This document shows, in pieces, positions 46,701 through 57,752 of a DNA stretch of 64,000 nucleotides. Positions within the stretch are counted from its first letter, which is position 1; each line of letters starts with the position of its first letter. The position numbers and the translations under genes were made by a program. Source of the DNA: Scenedesmus sp. PABB004 (taxonomy: Eukaryota); NCBI GenBank assembly GCA_014905635.1, contig JABVCE010000007.1, forward strand, positions 558,001 to 622,000, in the 5' to 3' direction. The notes under the pieces are model-generated. The model did not search any database and was not told the origin of the DNA. It worked only from the letters and a program-made list of their open reading frames with translations.

Positions 46701-49700
46701 CGACGGCGCGAGCGGGCGGCTCGCGCTGCCGAGCTCGAGCGCGGCGGCGCGGTTTGGCCGGGGGCAGACTGACGCGTTCCGCCTGCAGCTGCCGCCGCTG
46801 GGGCGGCTGGTGAAGCTGCTGATTGGGCACGACGGCCGCGGCGCCGCGCCGGGCTGGCACCTCTCGCTGGTGGAGGTGGTGGAGGAGGCGACGGGGCGCT
46901 CCACCTTCTTCCTCGCCGACAGGTGAGGCGGTCGCAGGGGCCGCCGAGGGCGCGAGGCGGGGCCGCGCAGCTGCAGCCCGCCGGCCGACGCCACGCGCCG
47001 CGCGCCGGCCGTAGGTGGCTGGGGCCGGCGGCGCCGGACGGGCTCTGCGAGGTCACGCTCAGCGCGGCGGCGTCCGACCCGCGCAAGGCGCTCGCGCGTT
47101 ACGTCGTCACCTTTGCCACCAGCGCCGAGCGCGGCGCGGGCACCGACTCGGCCGTCGGCTTTGAGCTGCGCGGCGAGCGCGGCGCGAGCGGGCGCATCGA
47201 CGTCGCGGCGGGGCGGGGCGCGTTTGAGCGCGGCGGTGCGGCGCCGCCAGCTGGCCGGCGCGCGGCTGGCGGCGCTGGCCCACCCGCACGCGCGCGCCGA
47301 CCGCGGTGCCCGTGCCGCCGGTGCCATTGCTGCCGTCCCCGCAGGCAGGGACGCCTTCACCTATGCCCTGCCCTGGCTCGGCCGGCTCACCAGCCTGGCG
47401 GTGTGGCACGACAACGCCGGCGCGGCGGGCGGGCGCGGCCCGTGGCACCTGGAGTCGGTCTCGGTCGCGTGCGACCGCGACGGCGGCGGGCCGGTGACCT
47501 TCCCGTGCGGCCGCTGGCTGTCGGCGGAGGGCGCGCTGCGCCTGGAGCTGGCGCCGGGGCCGCCGCCGGGGCTGGCCAGGTAGGTCGCCAGGCGCGCACT
47601 GCACCAGGCGAAGCCACGCTGAGCCTAGACCCGCCTGTCGCTTCGCCGCAGATACAAGGTTGAGGTCTTCACCAGCGGCCTGCGCGGCGCGGGCACCGAC
47701 GGCGCGCTGAGCGTGAGCCTGACCGGCGCGGCGCCGCTCGGCGGCCCGCCCGCGACGGCGGGGCCCTGGTGCCTGGACCGCCCGGGCGCGTTTGCGCGCG
47801 GCGGCGCCGACGCGTTTGTCGTGGCCGGGCCCGAGCTGCTGCTCAGCGGCGCGAGCCTGGCCGTGCGGCTCCTGCTCAGCGGCGGCGGGCCGAGCGCGGG
47901 CTGGCACCTCAGCCACGTCGCGGTGACGGCGCTCGAGGGCGAGGAGGGCGAGGCGGAGGGCCAGCGGGCCTACTTCATAGCTGACAGGTGACGCGCGGGG
48001 GCGGCCTGTCGTGAGAAAGGACGGCTGACCGCCAGCGCTGGCAGCCGCAGCTAGCTGCTGCGCAGGCGCCGCGCGCGGGGCTCACGCGCTGGGGCGCCCG
48101 CGCAGGTGGCTGGACGCGGCGCACGGCCTCGCCGCCACGCTGGCCGCCAGCGCGCGGCCGCCGGCCAGGGCGGGGCAGCTGCCGTACCTGGTCAAGGTGG
48201 GGCGGCGCACGCGGCGGGAGCGGCCGGCGGCCGGGCGGCGGCTGCTCGCACACGAGCCGCCCACGCCGCCGCCGCGCCTGGCCCTGCGCGCAGGTCTTCA
48301 CGTCCGACGTCAAGGGCGCCGGCACCGACGCGGGCGTGTCGATCGAGCTGCACGGCGCCAGGGGCACGTCGGGCTGGCACCCGCTGCCGGCGCGCCAGGA
48401 GGCGTTCGAGCGCGGCAAGGCGCGGCCGCGGCGGCCGGCCGCCGGGCGGCGCCGCGCGGGCGCGGCCCTGCGCCTGCGCTGCCCAGCAGCCACGGCCCGC
48501 CCGCCGCCCGCCGCTCGCTGGCAGCGCAGGAGGATGCCTTCACGATCATGCTGCCAGATACCCTGGGCCAGCTCACGCAGCTCGGCGTGCGCAGCGACGG
48601 CGCCGGCCGCACGCCGGCGTGGCACCTCGACCGCGTGTGCGTCGTGCCGCCGCCGGCGACGTCGCCGCGCAGCGGCGGGCCCGCGGGCGCCGGCGGCCAC
48701 GCCGTCAGCCGCGCGGCCAGCCTGGGCGCGGCGGCGGCGCTCGAGGCGCGCGGCCAGGAGGGCGGGCAGGGCTCTGGGTGCGGCGGGCAGCCGGTCTGGT
48801 TTGCCGCGCGGCGCTGGCTCGACGCCGCGCACGGCCTGGAGGCGCTGCTGGAGGCGAGCGGCAGCGACCCCTCGCGGGCGCTGGTGGAGTACAAGGTGCG
48901 CGCTGCCAGGGCTGCGTGGGGGCCCTGCGGCGGCTGGCCGAGGGCTGCTCACAGCTGCGGCAGGCGCTGCGGCGGCCCGCGCGCTGCCGCGAGCCCACCA
49001 CGCGCAAACGCGCCCGCCAGGTCGTGATGCGCACCAGCGACGCGCGCGGCGCCGGCACCGACGCCGCCGTGTGGGTGGAGCTGCTAGGCGAGCGCGGCGC
49101 GACGAGCGAGCGCCGCACGCTCGCGCCGCACGGCCCCGATGCGTTTGAGCGCGGCGCGGTGGACGAGTTCAGGCTCTCCTGCCCGCCGCTCGGCGAGCTC
49201 TCCGGGCTGCGCATCGGCCACGACGGCGGGGGCGCACACCCCGCATGGCACCTGCTGCAGGTGCTGGGGCGGCGCCGCGGCCTGCGCCACGGCACGAGCG
49301 CGCGCGTGGCGCGCGCTGCTGACGCGACGCACCCGCGCGGCGCGGGCGTGCCAGGTGGAGGTGACCGACGTCGCTGCGGGCACCACCTGGTTCTTCGCCG
49401 CCGACTGCTGGCTCGGCCAGGGCGGCGGCGGCGGCGCCGCGGAGCGCCTGCTCGCGCCCAGCGCCGCCGACCCGCTGGCCGAGCGCACGACGTACCTGGT
49501 CACGGTCCACACGAGCGGCCGCCCAGACGCGGGCACGCAGGGCGCCGCGTTTGTGACGCTCCACGGCAGCCACGGCCTGCCGGTGACGGCGCTGCAGCCG
49601 GGGGTCGGTGGCGGCACCGGCGGCGCCGCGGCGCCGCCGCACGCGGCGGGCGAGGCGGCCGTGGCGCTGCCGGCCGGGCTCGGCAGCAGCAGGCGCTGCC

Positions 49701-52700
49701 CGCTGGCGGGCAGCCGCGCGGCGTTTGCGCCGGGCGGCACGGGGGCCTTCCTGCTGCCGCCGATGCGGCCGCTGGGGCAGCTGCGGCAGCTCACGCTGGA
49801 GCTGGAGGCGCCGCCGGGCGGCGGCGGGCCCGCCCCGACGGCGACCTGGCACTGCGCGCACGTCGAGGTGGCCAGCAGCGCGACAGGAGAGCGCTGGATC
49901 TTCCCTGCGCACGCCTGGCTGGCCGCCGGCGCGGCCAAGCCCGACGGCGGCGCCGGCGACGTGGCGGCGGCACCGGCGCAGCTGGCGCTGCGGCCGGCGC
50001 CCAGCCTGGAGGCGCTCTGGGCGGCGCAGGCGGCCGAGGCGGGGCGGGCGCAGGCGACGTATACCCTGGCCGTGCACACGCACGACGCGTCACCCGCGGG
50101 TGAGGCCCCGGGCGGGCGGGCGGGCGAGCTGCACCGCACGGCTGCAGACGGCAGCAGCCGCGGCGCGGCTGCTGCCCGGCGGAGCGCGCGCGCCACGCCA
50201 CGCCACGCCGCCCCGCTGCGCCCCGCAGGCCCCGGCGCGCGCGTGTCGGTCACGCTGGTCGGCGCGGGCGGCGAGGAGGCCGGCCCCTTTGCGCTCGGCG
50301 CGCCCGGCGGCGCGCGCTTTGCGCCCGGCGCGTGCGACACGCTTGAGGTCAGCGGCGCGCGGCTGGGGCAGCTGCGCGCGCTCAAGGTGGCGTGCGATGG
50401 CGCGAGCCTCGGGCGCGGCTGGCACCTGGACGCCGTGGCCGTGACGCCGAGCTGGAGCGGCGAGGCCACGTGGTTCCATGCCGACCGCCTCTTTGGCGGC
50501 GCGGAGGGGCTGGAGGCGACGCTCGCGGGCGCCCCGCACGACGCGCGCGCCAACAGGGCGTGCTACAAGGTGTGGCGGGCCCCAGTGGCCGCAGCTGGCC
50601 CGATCCCTCGCGCCGCGGCCGACGCCTCCCTCTCTTGCGCACGCGGCGCACCAGGTGACGGTCCACACAAGCGACCTGCCCGGCGCCGGCACGACCGCAC
50701 GCGTCGCCCTGGAGCTGGTCGGCGCCGGCGCGACCAGCGGGCGCCGGCTGCTCACGCGGCCGCTCGCCGGCGGCGGCGCGCCGCCCTGCTTTGCGCGCGG
50801 CGGCGCGGACGTCTTTGAGCTGCACTGCCCCGAGCTGGGCGAGCTCAGCGAGGCGCTGGTCAGCCACGACGGCGGCGGCGCCGCGCCCGCCTGGCACCTG
50901 GCATACCTGCACGTCGAGCACGCCGCCTGTGGCCGGGTGCGGACGTCACGACGCGCGGCCCGGCGCCGCTGGCCGCACTGGCGCCGCCTGATCGCGCCGC
51001 CGCGCCTCACCCGCACAGGCCTGGTCCTTCCCCTGCAACCGCTGGCTCGACGCCGCGCGCGGCGGCGCCGACGCCACGCGCGCCGCGCTGCCCGCGGCGC
51101 GCGGCGCGTTCGACCCCGCCAGCCTGACCGCGCGCTTCCGCGTGGCGGTGTGGACGGGCGACGCGCGCGGCGCGGGCACGGACGCGGCGGTCGCGCTCAC
51201 GCTGCACGGCGCCGCGCCCGGCTGCGACACCGGGCCGCTGCCGCTCGGCGCGCCCGGCGGCGGCAGCTTTGCGCGCGGCCGGCGCGACGAGTTTGTGGTG
51301 GCGGGGCCGGACGTCGGCGAGGTTGCGCGGTTGGTCATCGGGCACGACGGCGGCGGGCTGACGCCGGCGTGGCTCCTCGCGGCGCTGGAGGTCACACACC
51401 TGGGCAGCGGGCGGACCCAGCGCTTCACGGCCGACAGGCGCGCGGCGTGACCGGGGCGGGCGCACCCGGCGCGGCAGCGACGGCCCGAGGCGGCTGCGGC
51501 TGGGCGGGCCTGCCCCGGTCGGCGGCCGACGCTGGCGCCCCGCGCACGCCCTTGCCGCCGCAGGTGGCTGGACGCGCAGCGCCCGGGCGGCTCCAACTCG
51601 GCCGAGCTCTGGCCCGACCCGCCGGCGCCGGCGGCGCCGATCACGTGGGAGCTGACGCTGGTCACAGGTGCGGGCGAGGGGCGGGGGGCAGCCCTGCCTC
51701 CGCTGCCCCGCGCTCGCACACGCGCGCCGGCGCGACGGCCGCCGCGCGCCCGCAGGCCGCGCGCCAGGCGCGGGCACCGACGCCGACGTGTCGATCGAGC
51801 TGCGCGGCGCCGCCGCGAGCTTTGGCCCGCACGTGCTGCCGGCGGGGCCCGAGGCCTTTGCCGCGGGCGCGCGCGACACCTTTGCCCTCGCGACGCCGGA
51901 GCTGGGCGAGCTGCGCGAGGTGTGCTTGGCTCACGACAACAGGGGCGCCGCGCCGGCCTGGCTCCTGGAGGCCCTCGAGCTGCGCCACCTGCCCAGCGGG
52001 CGGTCGTACGCGTTCAACGTCGCGGCCTGGCTCGACGCGCAGCGCGGGTGCAGCTGCACGCTGCGCGTGGCGGCGCAGGCCGGCCCGCAGGCGCCGCCGG
52101 CGCCGGCGCCGGCGCCGGCACCCCTGGCGCCGCCGGCGAGCTGCAGCTACGAGCTGCGCATCCAGACCGGCGACGTGGAGGGCGCCGGCACGAGCGGCGC
52201 GGTCTTCGTGCAGCTCGCGGGCGCGGGCGGCGCGGAGAGCGGTGCGCTGCAGCTCCAGGCGGCGGCCCCCGACGCCGGCGGCGGCGGCATCGGCACCAGG
52301 TGTGCGCGCGGGCGAGGGCCTGGCTCGTCTGGCGCTGCGTGCACGCGCGCCGTCGTTGCTCACCGTCCCCGCCGCTGCGCTCAGGCCGATGTTCCAGCGC
52401 GGCAGCCTGGACGTCTTTGTGCTGCGCGGCCTGCCGGACCTGGGGCCGCTCGCCAGCCTGCGCATCGGCCACGACGGCGCCGGCCCGCACCCGGCCTGGT
52501 TCCTCGATTGGGTGCGCGTGGCCAACCTGTCGACCGGCGACGCCTGGCTCTTTGCCGCCGACGCTTGGCTCGACGCGCGCGCCCCCGGCGGCGCCGACTG
52601 GCTGCAGCTGCGCGCCGCGCCGGACGCGCCGGCGCTGCCGCCGCCGCCGGCGCGCGAGCCCCCGCGCGGCGGCGCCGTGTTTGGCGGCAGCCCCGCGCGC

Positions 52701-53126
52701 GGTGGCCTCGCCAAGGCGTGGCTGCACGGCAGCAGCCGCGCCGGGCAGCCGGGCTACAGCATCACCTTCACCACGGGCAACGTCCTCGCCGCCGGCACGT
52801 CGGCGCGGGTCTTTGTGGAGCTGCTCGGCGCGGGCGGCTCCTCGGGCGTGCTGCACGTCGCCGCGCCGCGCGGCCAGTTTGCGCGCGGCCGCACCGACGC
52901 CTTCCTGTTCCCCCGCCTGCCGCACCTCGGACCGTTGCACGCGCTGCGCGTCGGCAGCGACGGGAGCGGGCTGTTCGCGGGCTGGCTGCTGCGCGCGGTC
53001 GAGATCGTGCACGTGCCGAGCGGGCAGCGCTGGGTGTTCGAGTGCCACGCCTGGATCGACCGGAGCTGCAGCTGGCAGCGCCTGCTCGCGCCCGCGCTCG
53101 AGCGCGGCCTCGGCGCGGCGAGTTGA
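43741..53126 (+). CDS. Large protein with N-terminal PH domain, coiled coil and 14 tandem PLAT/LH2 domains (LOXHD1-like), about 20 exons
   Basis: PH: HAGWLWKRLGSGRKTTWARLW|CYL...FSLVSGSHTHYLAAESQREAALWVAAIR. PLAT repeats follow the pattern YxVxVxTsd.rgAGTDa.V.i.L.G...F.RG..D.F...LG.L..l.igHDg.G..paWhL..V.v...F.a.rWL, with 14 repeat starts counted between about 45285 and 52750. Confidence 0.9.
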
Positions 53127-53399
53127 CCAGCGGTTGACCGGCGGCAATCGTCGTATTCCCGCGGCCCTCGATCGTCGACGAACTCGCCTAGCCCCTGATC
53201 CGCCCCGCGCCTGTCGCCCTCCCGCATCGCACGGCGCAGCGTGCCGCCGTCGCTCGGCCGTCGCGGGCGCTGCAGCGGCGGCGAGCAGCGCGGCGCGCGC
53301 CACCAGCCGCGCTCGCCCGGGTCGTGCCGGACGCTCGCGAGCCTCTCGATCGCACCGAGCAGCGGCGCAACGCACAGGCGGCGCAGCGCTGCTAGCGGC

Positions 53400-55037
53400 A
53401 TGGCGGCGCCGCAGCGCGGCGGCGTGGTGCGGCGGACGCTCGACTTCCTCAACGGGCCCGAGTTTCGCGTCATCTCTGACGACCGTGAGCGAGCAGCCGC
53501 TCGTCGCTTGCCCGCTGCCGCGCCGCCGCCGGCTGACCGCGCGCTGACCGCGCGCTGACCGCGCGCAGCAACCGACGCCGAGGCTGCGGGCGGCGAGGCG
53601 GTGGTGGAGGTGGTGCTCGCGGCGGCCAGCACCGGCGCCTGGCGGGGCGGCAAGCCGTGCGCGCCGCCGGCGGCGTTTGACGTCGGCAAGCACGTCTACG
53701 AGCCGCACGAGCTCGCGCCGTTGCCCTTCCAGCCGCCCACGTTCATCAGCTACGCCTCCGCCATGCTGCTCAGCGCGTTTAAAGTCCTTCAGTTCGTTAT
53801 CAGCATCCTCATTTCGCTCATGGTCACGCAGCGCGTGCTGCAGCGCCTCTGGGCGGCGCAGGGCAGCGTCATGCGCCTGCAGCGCCTGCTGCTGGCGCTC
53901 TTCGTGAGCTACCCTGCCATCACCCTGCTCCTGGTCGTCCTCTCCAGCAACGAGGTACAACGCAGCCAGGCGCCGGCGGCGCGCCCGGCGAGGGGGGGGG
54001 GGCTGCACGCTGCGCGCTGCGTGCTGTGTGTGCCGCCCGCGGCTGCGACCACGCGCCCGCGCGCCGTGCCAACGGCCGCGCCGCCCGCCGCCCGCCGTCC
54101 GCTGTGCGCCGCGCCGCCAGATGGCGGTCCGCCGCTTCATGTACTTCCGGCTCGTGTCGCTCCAGGTGCGGCCCCCTTTGCTCTCTCTCTCGCACGCGCG
54201 CACGCGGCCGGCCGGTGACGTCGCGGCGGCTGCACCAGACCCCGCGCCGCGCCGGCGCGGCGCCGCGCCCGCCGCGCGCAGATCATCGTTGACTGGTCCA
54301 ACACGCCCTTCTGGCGCATGTGGTTCTTCACGTACTGGGTCGCCAGCTTCGGCCTCATCAACGCGTACGCCCTCTACGCAGGTGGCTGGGCGGGCGGGCG
54401 GGCGGGCGGGCGGGCGGGCGGGCGGGCGGGCGGGCGGGCGGGCGGGCGGGCGGGCGGCGGGCGGCGGCGGGGCGGGCGGGCGGCGGGCGGGCGGCGGGGG
54501 CGGGCGGCGGGCGGGCGGGCGGGCGGGCGGGCGGGCGGGCGGGCGGCGGGCGGGCGGCAGGCGGGCGGGCGGGCGATGCGCAGCCTCAGTCGAGGCGTGT
54601 GCCGCGAGACACACCCCCGCACCGTTCCGCCGCCGCCGCCGCTGCCGCCGCCGCCGCGCGCCGCCCGCGCGGCAGGCGTGCTGACGCGGTCCGACGGCGC
54701 GGCGAGCGTGCTGCCGCACTGGGGCATCATGGCGTCGCAGAGCTGCCTCATCTTCCTGCACTGGCTCAACACCGTCTCCATGGAGGAGCAGCTCGTCAGC
54801 CTCAACCGCGTCATCGAGCGCAGCCCCGACGCGGCCAAGGCGCTCATATCGCGCTGCGAGGTCGTGTCCGAGGCTGCGCTCAAGGACGCGGTCCGCTCCG
54901 CGCACCGGCGGCGCGCAGCGTTTGCGCGCTTGCCGCCCGCGCTGCAGGACGGCGCGGGCGCCGCGCTCGCCGCGGGCGGCCCCTCCGCGGCGGCCTTCTT
55001 CGAACTCGGCGCGCTGCGGCGCAGCGCGGCCGCGCGC

Positions 55038-55079
<42 letters not shown>

Positions 55080-56043
55080 GGTGGTGGCGGCGGCGGCGGC
55101 GGCGCGCCCGCGGGCGCGCGCGGCGACGAGGTCGGCGTCGGCGGCTGCGGCTGGCCCGTGCGCGCGCGCGAGGCGCTGGCCGACCTCACCTTCCGCAAGA
55201 CGTATGCGTGGTGCGGCGCGCGCATGCCGGGCCCTGCCTGCATAGGGGGCGGTCCGCGGCCGGTCAGCCCCGGCACTGTGCTCGAGCACAGCCGGACCAG
55301 CGCTGAGCCCACGGGCCCGCCCGCCCGCCCGCCCGCTCGTGCCCAGGTATTTCTGCCTGAGCATCGCGAGCGCCTCGCTCTGGCGCTGGCGCCGGTGCGC
55401 GGCGGCGGCGGCGACGCGACGGCGGCGGTGGCGAACTGGAGCCGCCGTGCCGCCAACCGCGCCGCCGCCCGCGCCGCGCGCAGCTCGGGGCGCGCGCGCC
55501 GCGCCGCGACGCCGTGGCCCGTCCCCGCCGACCTCAAGTACTTCCTAGCCATGGCCGTGGTCGGCACGGGTGCGCGCGCGCCCGAGAGCTGGGCGCTGGC
55601 CGGCCGGGCCGCAGACCGCACGAGGCTCGTGCCACGAGCCGCGCGCGCCGCCGGCGCCGCGTCCGGCCGCGCCCAGGCTGCTTCCTCACGATCGCGGGCG
55701 CCGCGGCGTACGGGCTGTGGTTCATCTTTGTGGCGCGAGACACGCGCGACCGCGACCGCTACGGCATCCTCGGTGCGCGCCGCCGCGGGCTGCCAGGCCA
55801 GGCCCGGGGCTGCGGCCCAGCCGGCCGGCTGACCGCGCCGCGGCGGCGGCAGAGTGCCGGCAGTGCTACGCGCACATCGAGGGTGCCGGCCCGGCGTGCG
55901 CGTCCAAGCCCGCGGCCGACGCGTGCTGGGGCGCCGCGCAGCGCGGCGCCTGCGCCGTCCGGGGCGCGCTGGCGGGCTACGGGCTGAACGCGACGCAGGT
56001 GGCGGCGGCCCTGGACGGCGTGGCGTGTGCGCTGCTGCAGTGA
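53400..56043 (+). CDS. Hypothetical multi-pass membrane protein, about 8 exons
   Basis: In-frame GT-AG exons with several hydrophobic helices (VLQFVISILISLMV, LLLALFVSYPAITLLLVVL, WFFTYWVASFGLINAYALYA, FLAMAVVGT|GCFLTIAGAAAYGLWFIFV) and a Cys-rich last exon. Confidence 0.7.
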
Positions 56044-56162
56044 GAGGCGTGACACGCGCAGCAACGGCGCCAAGCTCGGGTTCGACGTTCAAAATCGCGG
56101 CGCACCAGGTTCTGGCCCGCAGCAGTCCAACGCCCAGTTCCAGCATCCCGCTCAGCTGCGCC

Positions 56163-57593
56163 ATGGCGGACGCGCACCTGGGCGCTCGCAGGTACGAGTG
56201 CCCGAAGCCGGGGGGGCTGCCCCTTCACGGCCGACAGCCGGCGCCACCTCCAGGCGCACATCAAACACTGCATTCACGGCATCCCTGACCTGCGCACGCG
56301 GGAGGGCAGAGCGTATAAGGCGGCCCGGACCGCGGCAGCGGCTACGGCGGCGGCGGCCGCCGCAGGGGACGGCGGCGCCTCAGCGCCCCCGCCGCCCCCG
56401 GTGCCCGACACGGCGCCGCCCGGTGACGACGTGGCGGCGCCGCCGCCCGGTGACGACGTGGTGGCGCCGCGCGACGACGACGAGCTGCCGGACGCCCCCG
56501 CCGCGGGCGCGGCGGCCGAGTCGGTGAGCCGCCGCCAGGTCTACAGGTTCGCGTGCCCAAAGGGCGCGGACGTCTGCAGCTTCATCAGCTTCAGCCAGCG
56601 CTCCTACGACGAGCACGTCAAATGGTGCGTGCACGGCATCCACGACCGGCGGCGGATCCACGGGGGCAGAGCTCACAGAGCAGCCGAGGCCGCGGCTGCG
56701 GCCGCAGCAGCGGCGTCCACGGGGGACGGCGGCGCGCAAGCGCCCCCGCTCCGGCTGCCCGACGACTCGGCGCCGCCCGGTGACGACGTGGTGGCGCCGC
56801 GCGACGACGACGAGCTGCCGGACGCCCCCGCCGCGGGCGCGGCGGCCGAGTCGGTGAGCCGCCGCCAGGTCTACAGGTTCGCGTGCCCAAAGGGCGCGGA
56901 CGTCTGCAGCTTCATCGGCTTCAGCCAGCGCTCCTACGACGAGCACGTCAAATGGTGTGTGCACGGCATCCACGACCGGCGGCGGTGGGCTTACAGAGCA
57001 GCCCGGGCAGCCGAGGCCGCGGCTGCGGCCGCAGCAGCGGCGTCCGCGGGGGACGGCGGCGCGCAAGCGCCCCCGCCCCGGCTGCCCGACGACGCGGCGC
57101 CGCGCGGTGACGACGAGCTGCCTGGCGTCGCTGCCGCGGGCGGCTCCGCGGGCGTGCTGCACGTCGCCGAGCTGACGCCAGCCGAGAGCGCGAGCGTGCA
57201 GCACCTCAGCGGCAAGATGGGCGAGCTCATCAGCAAAGACTGGCGTGTCACGCTGGAAGAGGTGAGGCGGCGGCGCTGGGCGCGCGCGCGCGAGCGCCGC
57301 GCTGCGGCGCCGCGCGTCGGACCGGCTGCGCGCACGCCCTGCAGTCGACGCCGCGCGCGTCCTCTCCCGCGCCCGCTGCTGCCTCACCCTGCGCTGCTGA
57401 TTCACGGCGCGCGACTCAGTTTCTGGTGAAATTTGGGAGCTGGAAGCGCGACGGCGGCGTCTCCGACGAGGCGTTTGACGCGCTGCTCAGCCTGATTCGG
57501 GGCACGATGCCGCCCGGGGAGGACCCCATCTTCTGCCCCCCGAGCTGGCGCGTGGCCAAGAGGCTCCTGGCCCTCCGCAGCGTCGATTGCTGA
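56163..57593 (+). mobile_element. Truncated, frameshifted CACTA/En-Spm-like transposase fragment with tandem Cys/His repeats
   Basis: Last exon (57420-57593) WKRDGGVSDEAFDALLSLIRGTMPPGEDPIFCPPSWRVAKRLL resembles the 'sd.afd.LL.ll...LP..n.lP.s.y.akkll' segment that precedes the Transposase_21 domain, but stops immediately. +1 frameshift at G7 56210-56216. 330-bp tandem duplication. Confidence 0.55.
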
Positions 57594-57752
57594 GCTGCAG
57601 CCCCGCGCCGTGCGCCGTGCGCCGTGCGCTGCCGCCGCGGGGGCGGAGGGGAGCGCTGCAGCTGCGCGCGCGGGGCGCGGCCTGCCTCGACGCGCGCGGG
57701 TGGGGGACGGCGCGGCGCGCGCCGGCGCTGTTACGTCACCCCCCGAGCGGCG

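Noticed and set aside
56440..57110. 330-bp direct repeats as a CRISPR array or LTR pair
   Set aside because: Adjacent in-frame coding duplication with no spacers, no cas genes and no LTR hallmarks; eukaryotic context.
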